A DNA stretch of 64,000 nt from a bacterium (GTDB taxonomy: Bacteria > Verrucomicrobiota > Verrucomicrobiia > Chthoniobacterales > UBA6821). This document shows positions 11,213-19,658 of this stretch, piece after piece; the first letter of the stretch is position 1; every line of letters starts with the position of its first letter. The position numbers and the translations under genes were made by a program. Location of the stretch: contig JAJZSL010000009.1 in assembly GCA_021849805.1 (NCBI GenBank), forward strand, positions 2,804 through 66,803, read 5' to 3'. The notes under the pieces are model-generated. The model was not told where the DNA came from and did no database searches. It saw only the letters and a program-made list of their open reading frames with translations.

Positions 11213-11623
11213 TTACAATGCGGACTCTTTTTTCTCTACCAAATCCACTAAATTTCTTTTCTCTTGCGACTGAGTCGAGCGAATTTGACGATCCAAATTA
11301 TTTTGATTCCCAGCAACAAGCAAATTCAAAACAGAATCGCGCGAGTGTCCTTTTGGATTGGAACCGTCTGCCCCATCATTAGTTGCTTTCAAGCCCATAA
11401 TTCCCGCTTGAGCTGGCGGAATATATTGACTCACATAAACTGAGTTGGCGGCAAGGGAATTCTCTTGATTTGGATTGTCTGCAGGAATATTAGGGCGGGT
11501 GCTTCGATGAATACGATCGTCACTTGTTGGAGTCGTAGATAATGGAGCATTTCCTGTATAGTTAGTAGAGAGAGGACCAGCAGCTTCACGCGTAGGTGAG
11601 TGAGAGGTAGGCGAAATAGACAT
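11213..11623 (-). CDS. Hypothetical small Pro/Ser/Asn-rich protein (ORF track extends to a TTG at 11707)
   Basis: The first ATG gives MSISPTSHSPTREAAG.... The protein is largely low-complexity with a helical C-terminus (NLVDLVEKKESAL). No recognisable motif. Confidence 0.5.
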   Translation of the reverse strand: MSISPTSHSPTREAAGPLSTNYTGNAPLSTTPTSDDRIHRSTRPNIPADNPNQENSLAANSVYVSQYIPPAQAGIMGLKATNDGADGSNPKGHSRDSVLNLLVAGNQNNLDRQIRSTQSQEKRNLVDLVEKKESAL

Positions 11624-11813
11624 ATGGTTTTTAGAATTTAGAGTTTTAAAAGTTAGAATTAATTTAGGATACCCAAAAAAAGAAAACTCTTCAACTTTAT
11701 TACTCAACTTTTATTTATAAAAAAACTGGTTCAATCTATAGTCTTTATTTTTTCTATTGATCTATTATAGAGAAAAGTAAAACGAGAAGTAGGACGTAGC
11801 AGACTAAGTTACT

Positions 11814-12010
11814 CTATTGTCCAAAATAAAATTTGAGGACGTTTTCTCTCATGTCCTTGGTGAGCGCTTTTTCAAAAAGCAGAGATATTGTTTTTAGTCT
11901 TTTTAGCAACTTCACACAGTCTCCTTTTCCCTCAGACGTGGAAATCCAGAAGGCCTTCTGGAGGAGCATTGAAAACTCTTTTGTAAAAACTTCAGAAAGA
12001 TGACGGCATA
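11814..12010. repeat. Family D repeat, copy D1
   Basis: tccaaaataaaatttgaggac...cagagatat...atccagaaggccttctggaggagcattg is shared at about 70% identity with 63655-64000. Confidence 0.7.
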
Positions 12011-12191
12011 TATAGATGGAATATGCCTTCGAGACTAGTGCCCTTCTACTGATCATTTTTATTTTGAAAAGGGAGAGTAGTGGTACCTCCAATAAAAATC
12101 AATTGACTTTATCATCTTCCAATTTACATGATTGTTACTGGTGTTTTAGACAGTCAAATTCGCTATTTAATTCTTCATTTTTTCTTCCATT

Positions 12192-12680
12192 ATGTCCTCT
12201 CCTTACCGTTCACTGCTAGAAGCACTGCGAGTTCACTGCAACCTACCTGAGTTCCCTAACCCGCTTCCTTCAGAACAACTGGTTCTTGAATTAAAAAATG
12301 GCTCTTCTATTAGCATTGATTTCAACGAAGAAAGCTCCATGGTGGTTCTCTTTGCTGAAATTGCTACCTACAGTCCAGAAGATGAACTTGCCGTTCTATC
12401 TAAGATTGCAGAAGCTAACTTTCTTTGGGCTGCTACTTCTGGAAGTACGCTGAGTGCGCGTCCTGAGATACAAACTATTTACTTGGCGCAACAATTTGCA
12501 GTCAATCTCTTGGAAGGAGCTGCTTTTATCAAGCTGGTGGAAGAATTCGTACAAGTCGTTCAACAATGGAAAACGATTGTTGAAAAAACATTCTCATCCA
12601 ATAGTTCTTCCTCAGAGCAAGAAGAAACAAAGAACATAGTACAAGATGCTGAAATAATAAATCCCTCAGAACTCTCTTAG
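12192..12680 (+). CDS. Type III secretion chaperone-like protein (CesT/Tir-chaperone or YbjN fold)
   Basis: 162 aa and acidic. An N-terminal helix (LLEALRVHCNLPEF) is followed by a beta-rich segment (LVLELKNGSSISIDFNEESSMVVLFAEIA), then KIAEANFLWAATSGSTLS and a C-terminal helix, matching the pattern of class I T3S chaperones. Confidence 0.6.
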   Translation: MSSPYRSLLEALRVHCNLPEFPNPLPSEQLVLELKNGSSISIDFNEESSMVVLFAEIATYSPEDELAVLSKIAEANFLWAATSGSTLSARPEIQTIYLAQQFAVNLLEGAAFIKLVEEFVQVVQQWKTIVEKTFSSNSSSSEQEETKNIVQDAEIINPSELS

Positions 12681-12755
12681 TAGCATCGATGTTTTAGGAA
12701 TCTTTTCTTTAAATTATCTCCTCGATAGAAAAAACAGAAATAAGATTTTTTTCCA

Positions 12756-13400
12756 TTGTACTTCACTCTATTGCTTAAATTTCATTTTCCAACTTTCCTT
12801 TTTATTTTTTTCTGTGCACCATTTACCCTTTTAAACGCACGTTCGCCTCAGAGAGAGCCAGTTTTAATCGTTGAGCCTTCCTTTTATCATCGACCTCTTG
12901 AATGCTTGATTCCAGGTGCTAGAAAAACAGTTGTTACTGCCGCTTGGATGGATCCACTTCATCCCACTTCTTTTTTTTTTCTAAAACCGAGTTTACAAAC
13001 AATTCAGCCCTCTTGGATGGATTCTTTTTTCCAAAAAGGAAGAAATAGCCTCTCTGAGCATCTTGCTCTCTTAACCCCACGATTCGTGAGAGATGAACAT
13101 CAAATTATCCTAACGGCTATTCTTGAATCAAATGATCCGCTAGCAGCTTCAACAATTTTAGCTCCAAATTTTGGAGAAGAGTTCATCAAGATTTTTGGGC
13201 CACAGATGCTCATTGCCATCCCATCAGCTAGCAGAATCTATGTTTTCTCGAAACTCCTTTCTGCTCTTCCGCTACTTGCTCCCGTTATTAAGGATGATTA
13301 CCTACTTGCTACCATACCGCTGAGTTTAGAAATTTTTGAACTTGATTTTAAGCTTGGTGAAAGACAGCTCCATGCGATAGGTTCTCTGGAATCTTTATGA
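12756..13400 (+). CDS. Hypothetical exported protein (TTG start)
   Basis: N-terminal hydrophobic signal-like segment (FPTFLFIFFCAPFTLLNA/RS). A 4-nt overlap (ATGA) with hpt suggests co-translation. Confidence 0.55.
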   Translation: MYFTLLLKFHFPTFLFIFFCAPFTLLNARSPQREPVLIVEPSFYHRPLECLIPGARKTVVTAAWMDPLHPTSFFFLKPSLQTIQPSWMDSFFQKGRNSLSEHLALLTPRFVRDEHQIILTAILESNDPLAASTILAPNFGEEFIKIFGPQMLIAIPSASRIYVFSKLLSALPLLAPVIKDDYLLATIPLSLEIFELDFKLGERQLHAIGSLESL

Positions 13401-13933
13401 CGATTTGTACGGAAAAAATTTTAGTTTCACAAGAAGCCATTCAAGAACGTGTTCGTGCTCTAGCAGAGGAAATCACCCGAGATTACAAAGAGAAAGAACT
13501 CACGATCTTAGCACTCATGAAAGGAAGCGTGGTTTTTCTTGCTGATCTACTACGTCTAATTCCCATTCCATTACGACTCGAGGTACTTCCAGTTTCTAGT
13601 TACCATGGAGGAATTGAAACCTCTGGTGTTGTCTCTTTTGCACAGCACTTTTTACCTGATATCCTCGACCATCATGTTCTCCTCATTGATGATATTCTTG
13701 ATAGTGGTACAACGTTAAAAGCAATCAAAACCTGCATCTTAGAGCAGCATCCAGCCAGTTTGCGCTCTTGTGTTCTCTTGCATAAAAAAGTTAAAACGAT
13801 GCAAGGAATCCATGCAGAATATGTCGGCTTTGAAATTCCCGATGTTTTTGTTGTTGGTTACGGTCTGGACTATCAAGAGTACTATCGTAATCTCCCTGAA
13901 ATTAGGATTCTCTCTCAACGACCAGCTACATAA
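13397..13933 (+). CDS. hpt: Hypoxanthine(-guanine) phosphoribosyltransferase
   Basis: PRPP-binding motif VLLIDDILDSGTTL and the size (178 aa) are typical of Hpt. Confidence 0.9.
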   Translation: MTICTEKILVSQEAIQERVRALAEEITRDYKEKELTILALMKGSVVFLADLLRLIPIPLRLEVLPVSSYHGGIETSGVVSFAQHFLPDILDHHVLLIDDILDSGTTLKAIKTCILEQHPASLRSCVLLHKKVKTMQGIHAEYVGFEIPDVFVVGYGLDYQEYYRNLPEIRILSQRPAT

Positions 13934-13980
13934 GAAATTTCTTAGATAACTATCCACAAATTTAATCTGATTTTTATTAG

Positions 13981-15093
13981 ATGAGCTACTGCTCCTTTCC
14001 TCCTAAACAACCAAATACTGTTGTTACTAGTAGTGATGATACCCTATCACCAAAAACTCCTGAAGCTTTAAAACAACATGGAAACTTCCAAGAGAGAGTT
14101 GTTGATGCTAGGGAACCAAGCAGCAATCTCTTTCCTGAACATCCTGAAATTTCCTCGTTTTTTTCCTCTGATGCTCTTATTGCTAACACTCACTTCTTGA
14201 GATCTCAAGAAGATACTCAAAAATCTAGTCCTATAGAAAATAATTTCAAATCAGAGTTGGAGCATAGTGGCGAAGATAGAATCTTCTATTCGGAAGAAAA
14301 GGTAATCATTCCATACTATCGAGATCTTTTTCCTGATATCAACTCGATTGAAAATGACATCTCTATCCCAGCAGAAGGGCGTTTCATTGCAGGAAATGAA
14401 ACATTAAAAATGTTCAGCCAGCAGATTTTTGAGAATACATGCTCTCTCATTGAAAGAGAAAATCGATCAAACAATCCTTACGAGCAATTTAGAAGAGATA
14501 TTCAACGAGCGAACTACAAATTAGTCTCTCCAGAGGAGGAGCAATCTCTCACTGAGGAGAGTCATTCTTCTACAGCAGTAGATAGTACTTTCTTAGAAGA
14601 CCAAGCAGTAGCGAACTTGGAAGCCTTCATAGGAGATGTCAACATGGCTCGAGCAATTGGTGCTACTTTTCATCAAACACTCTTCACTTTTATGCCTGAC
14701 TTGAGAACTCATCCAAATATTGTAGGACTACCAAGGCCAGGTTCTCAAAAAAGTGATGGAAAGTCAGCACAAGTCAATTATCGAATAGAAAAAAAGGGGA
14801 ACTCTACTACGGAACCTCCTTATTTTATTATAACAGCAAGCAGCAGTACCAGGGCTGCTGCTTTTACGCTCAAAGATCCCAAAAATGGAGAAATTTTTAC
14901 ATTTCCCCTTGATGATATTCCTAAAGATTGTTTCCTCGATTTTCATCAAGAAGCTCTTATAGAAATAAGCATTGCCGTGAAACCTAATGAGGCATTTGAA
15001 AGCTCCCATCCATGGAGCAAGGAGAATTTTCCTTGTACTTTTCAATGCCTCAATTATGTCAATATTTATAATTCTACTCCGATCATTATTTAA
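13981..15093 (+). CDS. Hypothetical protein (orphan, Ser/Glu-rich N-terminal half)
   Basis: 370-aa ORF with no signal peptide or TM segment and no motif I recognise. A MITE follows directly. Confidence 0.55.
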   Translation: MSYCSFPPKQPNTVVTSSDDTLSPKTPEALKQHGNFQERVVDAREPSSNLFPEHPEISSFFSSDALIANTHFLRSQEDTQKSSPIENNFKSELEHSGEDRIFYSEEKVIIPYYRDLFPDINSIENDISIPAEGRFIAGNETLKMFSQQIFENTCSLIERENRSNNPYEQFRRDIQRANYKLVSPEEEQSLTEESHSSTAVDSTFLEDQAVANLEAFIGDVNMARAIGATFHQTLFTFMPDLRTHPNIVGLPRPGSQKSDGKSAQVNYRIEKKGNSTTEPPYFIITASSSTRAAAFTLKDPKNGEIFTFPLDDIPKDCFLDFHQEALIEISIAVKPNEAFESSHPWSKENFPCTFQCLNYVNIYNSTPIII

Positions 15094-15151
15094 TACACGA
15101 TCATTATCGTAGAGTAATTATGTGTCGCTTTATTACTAAAGGGGCCAATTG

Positions 15152-15317
15152 TATCATCAAATTACTTAGAAATGACAGGAAATTGACTTGATCTTTTTTA
15201 AAAGATGCAGCGTCCTCATCCCATCACCTTATCGTTGCGATAGCACTTGGTCTTCGGCTCTGCCTTTTTTAACAATCTCTGCACTCTTTCCTGTCATTTC
15301 TAAGTAATTTGACTATA
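15152..15317 (+). mobile_element. MITE subfamily A, copy A1 (166 bp, 28-bp TIR)
   Basis: Left end tatcatcaaattacttagaaatgacagg and right end cctgtcatttctaagtaatttgactata are inverted repeats. The element is bounded by TA and is near-identical to 19344-19509. Confidence 0.9.
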
Positions 15318-18072
15318 CAGAAAGAACAACCTGCCTGCATCGCCCACATAGCGTAGGATGATCGTCATGAATTCCTACTTCAAGGCGATGGCGCCAGCAA
15401 CGTTCGCATTTCTGAGCAGTTTGCTTTTCAATGAAAATTTGCTCTTGGTTGGAAGTGCTAGCTCTCACTTCAAGAGAACTGAGAATAAAAAGTTCTTCAA
15501 TTTGAGCTAACCCACCTGGAGTTGCTATGCTTTTTAAAATATCAGGATCATTGGTAACAAGAAGAACATGAGCTTCGAGTGGATTGGAGATGATTTGATC
15601 ATTTTGTGCTTGTTCTAGAACTTGTGCAATTCGGCTTCGAAGAGCAAAAAGTTTTTCATAACGTTGGAGTAGCTTCTCATCACAAGGAGCCTCTTGTGGA
15701 AAAAATTCTAGATGAATCGAGGAACCAGGGCGATGATATCTCCAAGCTTCCTCAGCAGTAAAAACCAAGATAGGGGCAAGTAAGCAAGCCAACGCTTCAA
15801 AAATCTTGACCATTGTATCCTCAGTAGAGCGGCGCTCTGGTGAATTCATCCCATCACAGTAGAGCCGATCTTTTGTAGCATCAATATAGTGGCTACTCAA
15901 ATCAACAGCACAAAAATGATTCAACGTGTGATAAACCTTCTGAAAAGCAAACTCATCATAAGCCCTGCGACACGTATTAATGACCTGCTGCAATCGAGCT
16001 AAAATCCATTGATCGACTTCAGAACGCTCAGAAAGGCCACCAAGAGAGGGTTCCAGTCCTTTTTTATATCCTGCTATATTGCCTAGTAAAATGCGAAGTG
16101 TATTGCGCAAACGACGATAGGAATCGATAACACGTGAAAAAATTTCCTCTGAAAATGGGACATCATCCGTTATTTGAATACTACTTGCCCATAAACGAAT
16201 GATATCAGCTCCATAGTTTTTAATAAAATGTTCAGCTTCTGTTGGCTTCTCATATCCAACATTTCCTTGGTTTGATTTAGAAATTTTCTGACGTGTATCC
16301 ACATCAACAACGTAACCATGAGTAAGAACGCTCTTATAAGGTGCGAGGCCATTGAGAGCAATAGAAGTCATTAAAGAAGATTGAAACCAACCACGATGCT
16401 GGTCGGTGGCTTCCAAGTAAAGATCAGCAGGAAATTGTAACTCTGGCCTCATTCTTAAAACCGCTTCATGACTGACTCCACTGTCAATCCAAACATCAAG
16501 AGTATCGAAGCGTCGCACGGAACCAGCAGGAGCTCCAACAAGAGTACACCATGTCGCATCATCTAGTGAAAACCAAGCATTAGAACCTTTCTCCTCAATA
16601 ACAGCAGCTACTTTACTAATGATCTTCGGATCCAAAAGAGGTTCTCCTTGCTCCTGCTGATAGAAAACTGGCAATGGTACACCCCAAGAACGCTGGCGTG
16701 AAATACACCAATCAGGACGACTTTCTACAGTGGTGCGAATACGATTGTAACCCCATTGAGGAATCCAAGAAACATTATCGATAGTAGCAAGAGCATGCTG
16801 ACGAAGTTTAGTCACATTGATGAAAAACTGCTCCACAGCACGGAAGATAATGGGAGTTTTTGAACGCCAGCAATGTGGATAGCTATGCAAATAATCATGG
16901 GCACCGAGTAATAATCCTTTTGAAGTTAGAAGATCCATCAGGAAAGCGTTGCTATGAAAAACTGGCTTGCCGATGAGTTCATCAACACCACACTCCTGCG
17001 TAAAACATCCCGCATCATCCACAGGAGATAAGATGGGCAACTCATGCTTAAGGCCTAAGATATAGTCATCTTCTCCATGACCGGGAGCCACATGAACAAG
17101 ACCGGTTCCTGTATCAAGAGTAACAAAATCAGCACAAAAAAGAGGAGCTTTGCGTAGCAGGAAAGGATGCGCTGCGATCATTCCTTCTAATTGAGTTCCT
17201 AGATAAGTACGAAGAACTTTTACTTCTTCTAACTGGCACTCCTGAACAACCTTTTCAAGAAGTGCTTGAGCAAGAAAATAGCAACCTTTAGGAATATCCT
17301 TTTGCTTAGCTTCTAGAAGAACGTAGGTAGCATCTGCCTTGAGCGCTATAGCAACGTTAGCTGGCAACGTCCAAGGAGTCGTTGTCCAAAGGAGAAAAGA
17401 GGTTTTAGCAGGAAGCTTTTCCCCTTCTTGCAGAGGGCTAAGGGGGAAAGCAACATAGATTGCTGTTGATGTTTTTTCTTGATACTCGATTTCAGCTTCT
17501 GCTAGAGCCGTTTGGGCTCCTGTACTCCAGAAAACTGGTTTTTTACTTCGATAGATGAGTCCTTTTTCAACCATTCTCCCAAAAGAGCGAATGATAGCTG
17601 CTTCATAAGCTGGATCAAGGGTAAGATAAGGATGTTCCCAGTCAGCAAAGACACCAAGACGCTTAAAATCTTCCCGTTGGAGGTCAATAAATTTTCGAGC
17701 ATAGGCTTCTGACTGCTGGCGAATCTGACTGGGGGTAAGGCCGCTGGTTGATTTGATGACTTTGAACTCGATGGGAAGACCGTGACAATCCCAACCAGGA
17801 ACATAGGGAGCTTGAAAGCCAGCCATCGTTTTGGATTTGATGATAAAATCCTTAAGAACCTTATTGAGTGCTGTTCCCATGTGCACTTTGCCGTTAGCAA
17901 AAGGAGGCCCATCATGGAGGATATAGCGTGGAAAGCCTTCACGAGCCTGCTGAATATGCCAGTAGAGCTGCTCTTTTTTCCAACATTCTAAAAGAGCTGG
18001 TTCACGCGTTGTAAGATTAGCACGCATTGGGAACTCCGTTTTAGGCAAGCGGACAGTGTCACGATAATTCAT
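15313..18072 (-). CDS. ileS: Isoleucyl-tRNA synthetase (type 1, C-terminal Zn finger)
   Basis: HIGH-type PFANGKVHMGTALNK, KMSKS-type KISKS, a CP1 editing region and C-terminal CERCWRH...CGRC. Confidence 0.96.
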   Translation of the reverse strand: MNYRDTVRLPKTEFPMRANLTTREPALLECWKKEQLYWHIQQAREGFPRYILHDGPPFANGKVHMGTALNKVLKDFIIKSKTMAGFQAPYVPGWDCHGLPIEFKVIKSTSGLTPSQIRQQSEAYARKFIDLQREDFKRLGVFADWEHPYLTLDPAYEAAIIRSFGRMVEKGLIYRSKKPVFWSTGAQTALAEAEIEYQEKTSTAIYVAFPLSPLQEGEKLPAKTSFLLWTTTPWTLPANVAIALKADATYVLLEAKQKDIPKGCYFLAQALLEKVVQECQLEEVKVLRTYLGTQLEGMIAAHPFLLRKAPLFCADFVTLDTGTGLVHVAPGHGEDDYILGLKHELPILSPVDDAGCFTQECGVDELIGKPVFHSNAFLMDLLTSKGLLLGAHDYLHSYPHCWRSKTPIIFRAVEQFFINVTKLRQHALATIDNVSWIPQWGYNRIRTTVESRPDWCISRQRSWGVPLPVFYQQEQGEPLLDPKIISKVAAVIEEKGSNAWFSLDDATWCTLVGAPAGSVRRFDTLDVWIDSGVSHEAVLRMRPELQFPADLYLEATDQHRGWFQSSLMTSIALNGLAPYKSVLTHGYVVDVDTRQKISKSNQGNVGYEKPTEAEHFIKNYGADIIRLWASSIQITDDVPFSEEIFSRVIDSYRRLRNTLRILLGNIAGYKKGLEPSLGGLSERSEVDQWILARLQQVINTCRRAYDEFAFQKVYHTLNHFCAVDLSSHYIDATKDRLYCDGMNSPERRSTEDTMVKIFEALACLLAPILVFTAEEAWRYHRPGSSIHLEFFPQEAPCDEKLLQRYEKLFALRSRIAQVLEQAQNDQIISNPLEAHVLLVTNDPDILKSIATPGGLAQIEELFILSSLEVRASTSNQEQIFIEKQTAQKCERCWRHRLEVGIHDDHPTLCGRCRQVVLSV

Positions 18073-18134
18073 AGAACAAGCTTAAAAAATAATGAGAGAA
18101 ATAAAAAATCTGGTTGATGAAGAGTAAGCTCTCT

Positions 18135-19208
18135 CTAAGAGAAGCAATCTTCTAACCAGTAGAGAAGCTGACTAATACTTTCCTCTGTTTCATCTCCCAT
18201 GTTGGAAATACGAAAAGTTTCTCCTTTAATCTTCCCGTAACCACCATCAATGATGCAAGAATACTTTGCTTTGAGACGTTCAATCCAAGCAGCAACATCA
18301 ATCCCTTTGTTATTTTTCACACAAGTTAGAGAAAGAGAGCGATAACCTTCTGGAGCAAAAAATTCAAAGCCATGCTTATGCACCCAATCATGAACTAATC
18401 TGTTCGTGCTAGCATGACGAGCATATCGATGCTCCAATCCTTCTTGGAAAATATCATCAAGCTTTGACTCCAAGGCATAGAGGTGACCAATCGAAGGGGT
18501 ACTTGGAGTCATCTGAGCCTGATGATTTTTATAGAACTCCAAAAAATCAAAGTAGTATCCCCTCCCCTTGATTTTAGAAGCACGCTGCATTGCTTTATCG
18601 GAAAGAGAGAAAAAAGCCATTCCTGGAGGAAGAGCTAATGCTTTTTGACTTCCAGTGATCATGACATCAATACCAAGATCATCCATGGAAATCGGTACTG
18701 TTGAAAAAGAAGAGACCGTATCAACAACAAAAAAAACATCAGGAAATTGTTTCATCACTTCGGCAAGCTCTTGCAGTGGACTAAGAACTCCAGTAGAAGT
18801 TTCGTTATGAATCAGGGTCACCAGATCAATATCACCTTGCTTCAAACGAGTTGCTAATAACTCAGGTAAAATAGGATTTCCCCAAGGAACTTGAAGTTTT
18901 TCAGCCTGAAAACCAGCACGTTCACTAACATCAAACCATTTGTCGGAAAAAGCGCCATTCATACAATTGAGTACTTTTCCTTGGACCAAATTCCGCAATG
19001 TCCCCTCCATCACTCCCCAGGCTGAGGAAGTTGATAAATAAACAGGAGATTGTGTCCCAAAAAGCTTTTGAAGCCTAGGCTGGCAAGAAGCATAAAGTTT
19101 TTTGAAATCATTACCTCGGTGCCCAATCATCGGGCGAGAGAAAGCATCTCTGGTTTTCTTGGAAACATTGATAGGACCAGGAATAAAAAGTGAAATCGAA
19201 GAAGGCAT
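18135..19208 (-). CDS. Class V PLP aminotransferase (alanine/serine-glyoxylate or phosphoserine aminotransferase type)
   Basis: PGP near the N-terminus, NETSTGV, and the PLP-lysine context TGSQKALALPPG. At 357 aa it fits the AGXT family. Confidence 0.8.
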   Translation of the reverse strand: MPSSISLFIPGPINVSKKTRDAFSRPMIGHRGNDFKKLYASCQPRLQKLFGTQSPVYLSTSSAWGVMEGTLRNLVQGKVLNCMNGAFSDKWFDVSERAGFQAEKLQVPWGNPILPELLATRLKQGDIDLVTLIHNETSTGVLSPLQELAEVMKQFPDVFFVVDTVSSFSTVPISMDDLGIDVMITGSQKALALPPGMAFFSLSDKAMQRASKIKGRGYYFDFLEFYKNHQAQMTPSTPSIGHLYALESKLDDIFQEGLEHRYARHASTNRLVHDWVHKHGFEFFAPEGYRSLSLTCVKNNKGIDVAAWIERLKAKYSCIIDGGYGKIKGETFRISNMGDETEESISQLLYWLEDCFS

Positions 19209-19343
19209 AAAATGGATTGGAATATTAAAACGTTGAGACTTCAGATAACAGTAAAAAATCCACAGGGATGAGGATCTATCATTTAGAAAGCCATCTCTTA
19301 TGTTCTAAAGAACTTATAACTCGCTCTTCCCTTTATTCCACTT

Positions 19344-19509
19344 TAGAGTCAAATTACTTAGAAATGACAGGACATTGACTTGATCTTTTTTAAAAAATGC
19401 AGCGTTCTCATCCCATCATCTTATCGTTGAGATAGCACTCGGTCCTCAGCCTTGCCTTTTTTAAAAATCTCTCCGTTCTCTCCTGTACTTTCTAAGTAAT
19501 TTGACTATA
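19344..19509 (+). mobile_element. MITE subfamily A, copy A2 (166 bp)
   Basis: Ends tagagtcaaattacttagaaatgacagg ... cctgtactttctaagtaatttgactata. Same orientation and roughly 85-90% identity to A1. Confidence 0.9.
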
Positions 19510-19658
19510 TTGTTTTTTGTAAATGGTCATTGATATTTTTTTCTTCATGAAATTTTCTTTACTCTTGAGTGTATCTTCTATTGTTAACTGCTTCTCTCTT
19601 GGGTCATCAAAATCAATAAGCCAGCTGAAAGAATGTTCTATGAAATTGAAAAAGAAGA

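Noticed and set aside
11814-12092. 92-aa minus-strand ORF in the divergent intergenic region
   Set aside because: It coincides with repeat family D, and the second copy (63655-64000) is interrupted and does not preserve the frame. It may be a remnant of an older gene or element, but I cannot support a functional CDS or name a transposase family.
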